Assembly: GCA_973895155.1 (NCBI GenBank) | Contig: OZ316895.1 | Span: 4,465,081 to 4,529,080, forward strand | DNA from: Marsupella aquatica | Lineage: Eukaryota > Plantae > Marchantiophyta | Reading direction: 5' to 3' | DNA length: 64,000 nt | Part shown: positions 22,509-35,527 of the stretch, one piece after another | Numbering within the stretch: the stretch's first letter is position 1 | Layout of the letters: each line of letters begins with the position of its first letter | Notes under the pieces: model-generated | Databases searched by the model: none | Told to the model about the DNA's origin: nothing | The model's input: the letters and a program-made list of their open reading frames with translations, nothing else | Made by a program: the position numbers and the translations under genes

Positions 22509-23191
22509 AGAGGCCAAAAATGGAAAGTTGTGAACATTTAGTTGGTGGGTCGTTACCTGACTACACGTCAGCTCAGCTTCTGTGTGGACTCCCTTTGGCC
22601 GTCAGCACACGTGGAGGGTTGGGGGAGGGCTGGTGTAGTGAGAGCATTCCCACCTGGCATGCTACACCCAGTCTTTATGAGCTTGGTGGGTTAGGAGCCC
22701 AGATGGGATGTGCTATGTTTGAGCTTGCCCCTGACCCACCCAAAGCTGCCTCCTGGGTGCCAGATGTATAGGATAACCAACGTCTAGGAGGGGGTTATAA
22801 CCAAGCCCAAATCTTGCTTTTTGTAGATTAATCTTGTCCGGAAAAAGATTAGCTGGCTGTATATCTGAGGGCAATAGATAATAAGAACAGGAGTTTGTCT
22901 GTGAGCCTGATTTCATACCAAACGCAATTGGATTGGGCTGAAGCCTGCATCTTGATCGTGGTGGATGGCTTTGCTGTATCTCAAAATGGCAGCAGCCATG
23001 GGATCTATGGAAGATTTCACCAAAATGAAAACAATGTTGGAACTTATCTTGCAACAGAAAATGTAGAATTTTATATCTATTACATTCCAAACAACCAAAT
23101 TAGAAAGTGAAATGATTCTTAAAAGTGATCAAATATACAAAAACTATTTATGCAAGTCATTGAAATCTAATGACAAGTATGTGTGAGGAAA

Positions 23192-23523
23192 GAGCCATTG
23201 TTTAGAGGTGCTTGGAGGCAGTTGTTGCAGAGGTATTCGAGCAGAACTTTAAAATGTAGGGCAAGAGGCGGTAAGGATTGGTCCATAATGGATCTGTACA
23301 GTGGGTCTCGGGTACTTGTTGTGTTCTTGTTCCCTTGGTTCGCACAACAAAAATGAGAGGAACTTGTGCAACGTGAGGGGTGAAAAGCATATGGACAAAA
23401 CCCAAGCTTTCTGTACAGATCCATTGTGCACCAATTTCCACCATAGACCATCTTGGCCTACATTCTAAAGTTCTACTCAAATACCTTTGCAATGGTATCT
23501 CAGATACCCCTAAACAATGGCCC
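23192..23523. mobile_element. Fold-back MITE (Tourist/Harbinger-like termini)
   Basis: GAGCCATTGTTTAG...CTAAACAATGGCCC termini. ~110-bp imperfect inverted arms (23192-23301 vs 23413-23523). No clean TAA/TTA TSD. Confidence 0.6.
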
Positions 23524-25224
23524 TTCCCTTGAAATACTGGACATATACTATATCAAGACTTGTGTTACAAGGTTTTCCACATTAGATAACTGTTAAGAAT
23601 GAATCACTTTTTAGTTGGCTAATTAAGATATAATAGATACCCTTGCTACAAGATAAAATAACAAATTTTGTTCCAGAATGGTTTAGCTATATCAACTTAG
23701 TTCACCATTGGTGGCAAGTTTTGGGACTTGAAGTCCCCTCTCCCTCTTGGTAGGGTACTTTGTTGGATCCTTTGGTTGTCTCACCGTGTGTCCCCTGGTT
23801 GGTTGGCCTTGAGACTAAGATTTAACATGATCTCCCTCCTAGTAGTGTCAGTTTCTGATCCCTAGGTGGTCGCCCCATGTGGACTTCTCTACAACATTGC
23901 AAATGTCTCATCTGTTAGAGCATCTATAGACTACAGCTTCCCTATTCTTTTCCAGTTGGCTACCTTGACCAGAACGCAACTATTGGGCAAACTTAATCCA
24001 AAGGGTTCTGGTTTGAGAAGGGGTTCAACACGCTCCGAAGAGTCACTTGAGCGTTGACTATCCTTGAAGGGCACCAATGCATAATTATTGCGCAAAGTGA
24101 TTTTTGGTACGGACACTGGTGCACTGAAGGCCCGATGTTGATGATCACATTTGGCAGGAACCACAGATTTCTGGTAGGTGACCTGGCCTGCAGCATTTTG
24201 AAAAAACTCCATTCACCACCCCAATGCTCTCTCTGCCATTTGACATTTTAATCCTTGTGATTTTTCCGTAGGACTTTGTTTGACACCAGGAGAGATACTC
24301 CTTACCTTCCACCTTGGAGGTAACCAGACCATGTTCAGATACTGAGCACTCAGGTTACTAACAATTTAATTCTTTGTGCAGCTGAAGCACTGGACATCTG
24401 GGCATGCATTGTATCTAAATGATTCCTCTTATTAGTAAATGCTACCTTGGCTAAGTATACAAAATTATGTGTCCTCTCTACAAGCAATCTATTGCTAACC
24501 ACCATAAAGGGGTATATACTGCCTCCTACATTAATTAATCTAATTCATTCTCCTCATTCCTTTGCGTGCACTTTGATTTCTAGTGGACCAGGTTCAGACA
24601 TTTTCAAGCTTATGAGAGTACTCTCAGGGACCCATGTGAAGGAAAATTACTGACACCACTAAAGAGAAACAAGAATTCCAATCAAGTCTACTTCTGAACA
24701 AACATTGTAGTACTGGATGCTCCAGTCTTTGGCACAACCTTCGATCATGGAGTCTTTCCACGACTTGTATTCAGGTATGCTGTAAAGTGCAAGCATTCGT
24801 CCACTTGTGTGTGTTGCCTATGAGATCAATATTGGTAAACATGATTACTGGGCAAGATGTCTCCAGGACGTGTTCACCGAAGCACTGGACAAAGACTATA
24901 CAGTGAGTCCTGATTTGGAGTTGAGCAGAATTAGAAAATTCCTCCTCTGTGGAAATGGTAGACACCTTTTGACATACCTTGAGTCATGAACTCAAACAAG
25001 AATGAAGGACTTTTTAAGAGTGACGGCCAGACCTTTTATGTGTGATCCATCATGATCCTGTCACGGCAATGAATAGAGAGTTCACAGAGCGTTTGATTTA
25101 GCCAGTCAGTTGCAATAATTAAATGTTAATGCCAGCTTGATGGGCCATACAACTTTAAGGATTAGTAGCCAACTTATGTACTGCAAGGAGAACTGAAATT
25201 TCCATCTCAAGATTCTAATGATCA

Positions 25225-25990
25225 TGATTATGAGGTCACTATAGCGCAGAGACCTGATATCTTCGTAATCTTTACCGTGCTAAAGTTCAAAAAAATGTAA
25301 GCTGAAATGAGTATTTAGCTCTACGTAAGCAGACATCGTCCCACTTCAGCACCGGGAAGAGTGTGAACCTGTCGTCAAGAACTCTGGGGGTAATTCGCAT
25401 TTCTACCAGAGCTCTTTCATGAGTTGTCTAGTTGACAGCCTCCTCTGCATTCTATGCCACACCGGAGCCTCCTTTGATTGTTGCAATGCTGTTGACAAAG
25501 TTGACCTGCAGGACAATATACTCCTTTGAGTGGAAAGGAGCCTGAAGTGTAAATGCTAGTCTTTGGTAAACAGGCAACCTATGTTTTTTTGTCTCATGTT
25601 ATTTGAATCAAATTTGATTGAATAGAAGCTTGTAGGACAAAATTTCATACCGGCTGGAAGTGACTATCACTGAATGTCACAGAGACTTCCCATCTATCAT
25701 TAATCTTCTCTAAGATCCTGCTCAAAATTGAGATGAGAGAGTCACAGAGTGATTTAAAAAGAGCACAACCCATAACAGACATTTTCTAATTCCCAACTGG
25801 ACCACCTTTTGATTAATTCAACGAACCTTGGAAGGGGTTCTCCACAACCAGGCATTGGCATGGACACTAAGTACGGCCCCACATAATCTAGGAATGAACT
25901 TATGGGTGGGTGGTGGCCGTTGAGCTCAACCTTCAGAGTCTTTTTGAGATAGCCTGCAATGTCCAAAATTCGTTTGCTCATCAACGAGTT
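25225..25990 (-). pseudogene. TOP2: Internally deleted DNA topoisomerase II fragments
   Basis: Peptides LMSKRILDIAGYLKKTLKVELNG...SFLDYV, EKINDRWEVSVTFSDSHFQ|VNFVNSIATIKGG (intron 25506-25650 retained), KCELPPEFL and L*HGKDYEDIRSLRY match successive, non-contiguous parts of plant TOP2 (transducer to TOPRIM). Confidence 0.8.
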
Positions 25991-28900
25991 ATGTTGATCC
26001 ATTCCGTAACTAAATTCTAATGCTTCTGAATCCTTTCCAATTCTCTCCAAGTCTCTCTTCCTTTTCCTCAATCTTCGGCTTGACAATGATCTCCATTGAA
26101 GTCGTGCTCGGGGGTTTCACTTCCACAAAAATGGCATATCACGTGCGACGAAGGATAGGGTCATTTTATTGGTTATAAGGGAAGACTTAAGAATTTTTGT
26201 AGAAGAACAATAGGGTCTTTTAAATTCAATTGTGAGACTTATAAGAACATTAGGGCCTTTTTAATCCAATTTTATAATATTCCAAGAATATTCCAACTTT
26301 ATAGGGGTTAAAAAATAATATTTTTTCTTACATTTTAGGGGGTCCAAGGCCTAAAAACATCGCAGGTGATGGGGAGGTCCCCATGTAGTGAGACCCCCGA
26401 GAAGTCGTGGTTTCTCATTTGCTGGAGTTGATTTTCCGGCTATTAGGCATTCTTCACACCACAAATCGATCTTCATTTCAGGACCATGCAAAACCAAATC
26501 ATTTAGAAATTTACAAGGAGATGGAATGCTGGCCATCCCCCCTGTCATCCAAGGTTCTGGCAAGGGACATTTCATTTCACTGGGTTGTTCCCCATGTCAC
26601 TCTTTATTTCTCCCTGCACATACACGGACGGACAGAGCCCTCACGAACTTGGGAAGAGATAAACACACCAGTGCAACACAGGTGCGACCCAAGTTTAGGG
26701 CAGGGATGTGCAGATTGGGTTACGAGTCACGAGACTGCTCACTCCACAATGCCATCAACCCACAATGCCATTCAAGCTGAAGAAGTCATGTAGTCTGTGT
26801 ATTCAACGCCCGATTCAACGTCCACTTCTTACGAAGTATTACACTCAGAATGTTGCGGTTTTGTAACGAACTTTGTTTTCAAGCTTTCTTTGTGTCATTT
26901 TGGGTACATTATATACAATGTGCATGTGATGTGATTGAGTTCCTATTGTTGTTCATTCACTTCTTGGAGCTCAATCTGGCATCGCCACCACAACTTTGCA
27001 ACATTTCCCTGTAAACCATGGATAATTGCACACTAACGGGACATTTAACAAGAGATACAAATCAGACACACTTTTCAATAAGTACAAATTTAGGGGATTA
27101 TTAAGCAGTGCAGACCCTGGGTTAGTGCACATTGGGTCCGAGAGTGGGCACTGAAAGAGTTAACTGCAGTTTGATTCAAAACAGGTCCCTACAAATTACC
27201 ATTATGTATACTGAACTGCAAAAGAACAAAAGGCACATAACCAGTAGGATCCACAGGCAAAAGTCCCAATCAAAGGGGGGCAATCACAGAGCCAAAAAGC
27301 CCAGTTGACCCAAGACTAAGACTTAAAACCTTATCTATAGACAAACTAAAGAGCCTGGTAGAGATTAGATTCAATTGTTCCCTGAACAAAGTTTCCACTT
27401 TTCTGAAGAAAATGGAGCCTTGGCAGTTGAATCAACGGCAGGATTATTTCATATCACAGGAAAAAAACCTCATAAACTGCAGCCGACTTCTTCTAACTGA
27501 TTGAAGCCTTTCTGTTGAAAATAGTACTAAACTTTTGGTCATTCACCCTCAATGGAAGGCAACTTTTGATCTAGTACAGACAAGAACCTTCCCCAGTAGC
27601 AATCTTGTGTACCACATGGGTCAGCTCACTTTAAAATTGATGCTGTGCCATCAAAGTCCAGCAACTGCCTTTCTGTCCTGCAAAGTACTCGGTACAAACC
27701 ATATAGAGGACCATTAAAACTATGCTGCAATCTACTATATTGTTTACAATTCTACTCCTCGTTGTGCACTTAAGAGAAAACAGATTTTAACGAAAGCTCA
27801 TACATTATGAGTCCGATTTTCTTTTTCCCAGTGTGGCTAATGTCACCTTGTGTGAAGGAGAGGCGTTAAGAATATTATCTACTTTTACTAGATTAATTTA
27901 TGACCAGCACATCTCCTTTGATCTCAGGATGACCATTAGATTCTGGCTAATGGAAGACAAAAACCTGGTGAAGTTTTGCCAAAAGGGGCAAAAACTTTCT
28001 AGAGTGGTGGAATCTAGCAAAATTTCAACCACTACAAAAAAGGGTGAGTTAAAGCTTCAAGTTCGACTTTTTTTCACAGGACAGTGTCTATCTTGTCAGA
28101 GAGTGGATTTACAAGAAGTAGAGGACACTTGTGACCTTTTATCACCAGAGCAAAGACGAGGGCCACTGTTTCAAATATAGACTAGTCACCATGATCTTCT
28201 GAAATGAAGTTTAATAAACGGAGATCCCTTGAATAAAGGAGCCAACTCTCCCATCACTTTCCCCTATATTAGTATATTGGGTTGCTTTGCATTTGGGACG
28301 TGTCTCCAGGTTTGGCTTTTTTGTTGTTTTGCAAAATCATATCTACTTTCAGTTCAAGTTCTGAAGCCAACTTTTGCCTTTTCCTCTAATATACAGTCCA
28401 AATTACATGAAACCCTGTGCCCCCATGTCTTGCAAACCACCCTAAGTGCAGGCTGTTGGGATGACATCCCAAGCCTGCAGTTATCCCAGGTATGCACTGC
28501 CCAATAAATGAGTTAAGTATATGCTCTCCTGGACATGTGCATGATTACAAAACTGTAACATGTGTAGTTTGAGCACTTAAAGAAAAGAGATTAGGGGCTT
28601 AATGACCTCCATGGTCAATACTTGCCCTCTCAATCACTCGGGTTTGGGGTTTGGCATCACAATCTGGAATTGCTATGTCATTGTGAACTCGCTGTCCTGT
28701 TTCCAAATTTTAGTGTTGTAGTACACTAGAGTTTGCATAAGAGCCCTCACTAAACAACAACATATGGACACTAAACAACAAATCCATAAGTGAATTTGAC
28801 TCTCTAAATCTAAACATGCATTTATCAGTTAGTGCAATGCATGCATAAGAAGCATTTATTGATATTAAGAGCAAAAAATGCCTACTAAAGTAGTTGCATG

Positions 28901-29479
28901 CACTTATCCAGCTGAATCAAGCAAAATGAGGGCTCAGGGTGTGAGGAGTTGATTTGTGTGACCTGGCAGCACAACAGGGAAGTGCACATGCAATTTCACA
29001 TGCACATATGGAAAAACGAATTTCCATATCCCTCTTCATAATGCCCTCTAACCAGTATATTATCACTATTCTTCTTCACTTATGGATCCACAGATTTCAG
29101 TCTAATCGATCGTCAATACTCGATGAGTTTAATTCAGTCCATCATTCTACTCATCCAGTACGAGTCACGTGCTTCTAAACTCTAAAGCCTCTTCCAATCC
29201 TGCAGAGAGCAGACGAAGAATTGAATAGAATTGGAGGCTGGCTGACCATGTGTGCCGACGAAGAAACGCAGCAAGTCTCCAAACCTGGAAGACTTGGTGG
29301 TCAAGGCACGAAAGTCTTCCCTAGTTAATAAAGAATAGCGAATAGGATATCCTCAAGTACAGCAATATAAATGCAGTATTGTACACTTTGCATCGATAAA
29401 ATCTCTTCGGTGGACCCAGAACACCTCACCTATTAAACCGTGTTTCGGTTTGACAGAAAAAAGAGGAAGATTTCTAAAG

Positions 29480-29715
29480 TCTGACCAAACAAGCCAAACA
29501 AAGAAAAACAAAAACGAGACAGATCATACGCGGACCAAACAAAGCCAAACAAAGCCAAAAAAAACGAGACAGATACGCGGACCAATCAATGCCGAACAAA
29601 GGAAAACAAGACGAGACACATAAGCGGACCAAACAATGCCGAACAAAGGAAAACAAAAAAAGATAAGCCTCGGACCAAACAATGCCGAACAAAGAAAAAC
29701 AAAACAAGACAGATA
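29480..29715. repeat. A-rich tandem repeat (~45-60 bp, 4-5 copies)
   Basis: GGACCAAACAATGCCGAACAAAG.AAAACAA..ACGAGACAGATA variants. Confidence 0.8.
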
Positions 29716-30914
29716 GGCAGTCCACCCGCTTTAGGGCTGAGGCAGTTGATTTTAATTAGTCCCTCGAAAGTTCCGTTTCGTGACTTTCATATGCGGTTTC
29801 GTGACTCTCATGCATATGCGGTTTTGTGACTCATGCATATACGGGTTATTCCGGAGCTGTACCAGACTTCAGTTACTCAATAGTGTGTTAGTTTTCACTA
29901 CTCCTTTGTTGGTTATTTTTTGGTTTTAGGGCCTCTAAAGTTTAGTTTTGTGACCTTCCCAATTTACTCGGGAGCTCTGACTACTAGGCTTTTGAGTTAG
30001 TAGACTCCTTTGTTAGTTATTTTTTGGTCTTTATTCCTTAGTCCCCTTTTGGTTGGGACCCTTGGCTTGTTTTTCTTGGGGCTCTTTTTACTCCCTTCAT
30101 TGGGTTAATTTGCCATTGGGACCATGTCTCCCAGGTTCACCCTTTTTTGCCCTTGGGCCCGCTTTCCATGTGCTGATGAGATCAGACTGAGCCCCATGTC
30201 ACATTGAGCGAATGAGGGGCTTTACGTGCATTGCCGCCATTGTGTATTTCATGAGCTCACTTCGAGGCCTCTTCCTCTTGAAGCTCAATAGACTACCGTA
30301 CATAGCTCATCGGGCTTCAGCTTAGAGCTCTAGAAATCTCTATAAGAATTTATGCATCCGTGACTTTGGCTGTAGATGTGCAAGTTTGAAGCTCGAGCAA
30401 TAGGAAGGCGTCTAGCCTCGAAGTGTGTCGATTAAGACGAAGGGGTATAGAGTGACTTCGTTCTCCATCACGGGAATGGAATCGTGAGCGCCGCATACTT
30501 ATTGCCAGCGAGAGAAGGGAGGCCCGTGCGACAATCTTCCAAATAGGGACTTTGGTCGTACTACCCATTCCCAGAGAGAGAAGGGAGGGTAAAACAATCG
30601 TCCGGATATATAACCTGGAGTTTGGTTGCAGGTGTCTTATTGAGTTTCGGAAGCCAATTGTGGCGTTTTGGCAGATGAGTTGGAATCAGAGCTAACAGCT
30701 CTAATGCTGGGCAATTAGTAGGCGCATGTCGGATGCTGTTGTGATCGATCGTGTAGCGACAGTCGGAAAATCTTCAGGAGAGAAGTGTTCGACTAGCTAG
30801 GTCTCCTCGAAAATATATCATTTGGTACGTGAACGTTGGGTACCAGAGAGTTGGACTCCGAGCCAGCTAGTTCAGAAGAGAGGAAAACCCACTTAATCAG
30901 GATCTAGGGGATCC

Positions 30915-31976
30915 ATGGCCGTCATGAGGAAAGAGCAGAAGGAAATCGATCGGCTCGGGCCTGTTGGTATCATACGAGAGGCGTTCAAGCTCTTGTCGAG
31001 CTACTTCAATTTCTTCATGAAGATTCAGCTCACGTTCCTGCTACCGTTGGCAGCACTCGCGACCCTGCCAACAGGATACGTGCTCCACCTGAGGGTGAAT
31101 CTAGGTGGACCACCAGCAACTGCTCGTGCTCCACATCTGCCAAGCAACTCCGGTGCCTCGTTCCCTGGAGGCACACCGGTGCTCCACTTGGGCGTTGTCT
31201 AGGGCGTTGCCATGGTTGCTTTACTTCTCGTCTGGGCTGTCTTTACCATTTTCATGGTGGCTCTTGTGAGCCTGGCTTCAGCGGCCATTATTTACGCAGT
31301 AGGGCTCCATTACACAGGCCAAAGCGTCTCTTTCAACGATGTGGTCCGTGCTACCGTGCCCCGCTTGTGGATGCGCCTGACCATCACCGAAATATATAAG
31401 ATTTTGCTCCTCTGTGGCATGTTGATTACGCAACTCGTGGGTTCTCTTCTCCTCTACTACCATACGGCCCTACCGTTGATGTTGTTGGGAGTGGCAGTGC
31501 TTGGAATCCTGTCGATTATCGGGTCGGTTTATCTGGAAGTCACGTTCCTGCTCGCTGCTGGAGTAGCCGTTCTCGAGAATGATTATGGGTGGGCAGCTGT
31601 GAGGAGGACTCCGAAGCTTCTGAAGGGAAGAGTACGCGTAGCACTCTTGTTTCAGCTGCTGTTCATAGTGCTCTCCGTCCTCGTACTCGGATTACAGCGC
31701 GCTTTCCAATCCCAGTCTATCGCCAAGGGGAATTATTCACCAGCGAGTGTCACTGCATTTGTCATCATCACTGTGCTTTATATTTCTTGCACGAGCTTTC
31801 TTTGGCAGCTACGCGCGGTGTGCACGGGCGTTCTATATGTGTCCTTCAAGGCTTATCACAACGAAGACCTTGCTGAATCTATCTTCGAAAAGGCGATTGA
31901 GGTGGAATATGAACGTGTTGGAAGCGGGACTAATGACGCCAAGCTAGGCGGACAGAAAGCAGAATCTCTCGTTTAG
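30915..31976 (+). pseudogene. Paralogue of the 20255 membrane protein, interrupted by a single in-frame TAG
   Basis: ORFs 30915-31202 and 31212-31976 share one frame and align end-to-end with the 395-aa protein (LGP..IIREAF; AVLENDYGWAAVRR..KLLKGR; YVSFKAYH). The only lesion seen is TAG at 31200-31202. Confidence 0.75.
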
Positions 31977-34900
31977 GCAGTTTTCATTCTCTACAGTTAG
32001 TAGTGAAGTATCAGATGAGGTCGGAGAAAGGTGTATTTGTGTTCACACTAACTTGACCCACCTGTAAGTAATGTAAATTCGGAACTCTTAAACCAAGGAC
32101 AAACGTGCCTTTCATTGAATCTTACGCCACTATGCTTCTATTCCAATCACGAAATCAGTATAACTCTAGCCATTTTGCCCTCTGCCTGGATTTCTATTCA
32201 AGGCTGATATGTAATAACGTCAGGAAAACATGTCCTCCTTGACTTGTTTTTTATTGATCTGTAGAATAATAGCATTATTTTGCATTTTGCTTTGTAATTC
32301 TCTATACAGAGCAACCTTGGATCAATTTGATTCACAAGCTCAAGTACTCAAACTTAAGCCAGGATGGTCCACCATGTGGACACAGTGCTTCCATGTATCA
32401 CATTTGGTGGTCCATGGGAGTTCGTGGCTCATAACTTGATGATTATGAGTCCCTCAAATAATTTTTTCTTTTTCACTTAAAAAAACATTCAAGCCCGATA
32501 CTGCAGACTAACACAATGATGATGAATCTAATGGATGTAAGACTTTGACCTAAGATATAGTACACTCCAACAATTACTATACAAAATGCGGCTCGCTTTA
32601 AAAATCGTTCTAACCAAGTTCACTACTGTAGATAGCAAATGAAACTTACAGTGTCATTAACGCGGGCCAACTGAGCAAGTGGTCCCGTCAACTTTGTGCA
32701 CTCAGAGCCACAGACAACAAGCAATGCATGAAGGTTCGATGATATGAAGGTTCGCTGCCGTAGCTTTGGGAAAGGAGGTGCTGATCAGCCTCGAGCGCTG
32801 CTTCATGATAAGGAGGTGCATGATACTCCCTGTGAGCCGGATAGTTGAGCACCTCGGTACGCAGAGCCATGTCGATGATCTTCATATTGAGGAAACCTTT
32901 CAGCTGTAGTTCGACGGCCATCAGGGAAAACAATATAAACAAGAGATTTTGAGTTGCTCGAAGTACTGATTTTTGGAATGGAGAATTGCGATTGAAACCA
33001 GAGAGGATCCAACACTGAAGTATGCCAGGGGGAAAAGGTACTTAAGTTGAAAATTGACCCGGACTGGACGAGGCTCAAACACAATTTCAGGGCGGAAGTT
33101 TCATGGGAGGTCATATTGGACTTTCAAGTAGCTTTCACAATTATTCCCATCAGTTAGAAAGAATTCGAAAATATCATGCATTAATTTAACATCAGTTTTA
33201 GCTTTGAAAGTTGAGGAGCTCCTGAAAAGAAAAATTAATTTGGTTTTATTTCCGAGTTCCAGCCCTCAAAACAAAGAAGAAGATAAGTAACGAATTTCGT
33301 CACAAAATCTTATTTTTTTCTTTGTATTATGAAGTAGCCAAAACAAATTTTGGGTAAGAAGTTGCGAAAATTCACGGTCACCTAAACAAATATATGGGCT
33401 GGATCCCCGGGTCAACTTTTACCACAGTGCGTTTGGAATATGCCCTAGCAAAGGACTTGAAACATTGCTAGATGAATCTACGACGGGAATGTCCGAGTCC
33501 GATAGATCTATGCTCAGACCAAAACAGAGGTGGGTTAAATAATTCCGTCTACAACCCAAGTCATGTTGATTGTATGCTAGTATCCAATACTTCCTCTGAG
33601 TACGACTTGGATGATCGAATCGATACAGATTACTAGACACACATGCATTCAAAGGGAGGCACAGTATGCTACAAAGCAAAAGACCTGTTGGTCTGAAGCA
33701 TGATGTTCTGACAATTCTTTATGGGAGCCCGGGTAGCCTTCATGGCTGAAGTGTGATATGGTAAGAATGCAATTACAAGAAGTCAAATTGCACCCGGAAG
33801 ATGCTCTGCAACTCTCCACATTAAATGTCAATTGAACTCGAAAGCGACACGTGCTTACTCCAGACATCATTCCTGAACTTCCACTTACCCAGGGAAAACG
33901 AGTCTTATATATATACTCACAGCATTGACATGCAAAATCCAGAATCACGACCCCCCGGCAAAGGTAAAGATTTGAGGTTATCCATTGGATCGACGCATAC
34001 TGTTCAATTAACAACGCAGTGCAATTCACTCACGAATATTTTCACTCAACTGTAGTCTCCTTTCACGAACGCACGATGGAAACAAATGCACATCCAATCT
34101 ACAACCATCCCTTGACCGCTATTCAGTAGTAGAATGGGGTCTTTGGGCTACCATTCTGAACATTTCCCTATATATCGATCACACTCAGAAAAGTATGCAG
34201 AGTCATATGTTGTATGACGGGAGACCGCGCAAACTCAGTAGTCAGGAGGACGACTGTCGATCGATCAATGGTCCGAACGATTCAGCAATTCCCACAAGAA
34301 AATATATGCGGGACCAACGTGAAGTGCTACGCCTGGATTACAAAATAATGCTGGATCAGTCTGTTGTAATCTATACCATGCAATACGTGGTTTTGTCTAG
34401 CTTCCATTCCACTGACTAGTCAAGTAAGTATGAACCAGAATCAGAAGAATTTCTGAAATCCTGATCCAGGACGGAGATACTTTTTATTTGTGACGGCAAG
34501 TTAAGTAAGTAACGTGTTTCCAAGAACAAAATCAGCGTCTAGCTATTCTGAGCTTCAGTGGCTGACTACGTGAAGGTTTCGAGATTCGGTTCGTCTTTGT
34601 TGAATGTGGCACATCGAAGTATCATGTCTCCGAACGAAGATATTAAGAAGTGGACAATCCCGGCCGCGGGAGCTTATTGAATTGGGATTGCTGCAAGAAT
34701 GAGCCCATGCACTCGTATTCGATTCTAGAATATAGAACTAGCTAGTACGAACGATTTCCCAAAGCGGCGAGATGATACGTTAGTCCAATGTCGAACAACT
34801 CCGGCCCCGCTTATTAATTTTTGGAGCAGAGGAATTTTTCGCGCTAGAATCACATTCAGAAGCGGAAGTGAAGTCAGCATATGTTAGATAACGGAGACGA

Positions 34901-35527
34901 CGGAAGCTCACCCAGTGGTCAGGAGGACGACTGTCGATCAGCGGTCTAACAATTTAACAATTCTCGCTGTACATAAAAAGAGTTAAACAAACATACATGA
35001 TTGCAAATTTCAGACAAAACAGATGACACACACGACTCATCGTGCAAAAACAACTCCGAACATTGAACGCTAAATCACTCAGCTAGTAGAATGGGGTCTC
35101 CGGGAACCCAAATCTCAGCGACATCTGACGCTTTTGCGCATTAAATACAGTAGGTCACTTACAAGGAAGGTTAGGAGATCTCGGTGAGGCATAGAAAGCC
35201 TAAGTGGCCTCTGTCGACTGAATGTCGTCCGCTTGTTGGCTGCTTCGGTCTCAACGCCGTCGATGGGGTAGGACACGCGATGCTAGCTTCTCTCGGTTCT
35301 ATCCAGAGTTTAACATAGTGCCTTAACGTGAGAACCAAACTTCGATGAACACGGAAGTCAATCTAAGAAACTTTTGAGTTAGTCCAACTACGGAATTGTG
35401 GAACGGAGAGTAGGTCACCTGAGAGGATAGATCCAGAGCAGCCGCAGTAGGCACGAGAATCTCATTAAACCAAGAGCTGTACATCGAACATGAAGCTCAG
35501 TTGGATCGACGCTGAGTAACTCAAGCC

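Noticed and set aside
22800-25100. Additional captured gene fragments next to the TOP2 relic
   Set aside because: Coding-like composition, but no protein family could be recognised without a search.
33419-33679. Similar short ORFs in both duplication copies (GCR.NYLT..CFGL; also 42427-42789)
   Set aside because: Similarity follows from the DNA duplication; indels and an insertion break the frame and start/stop positions are not shared.
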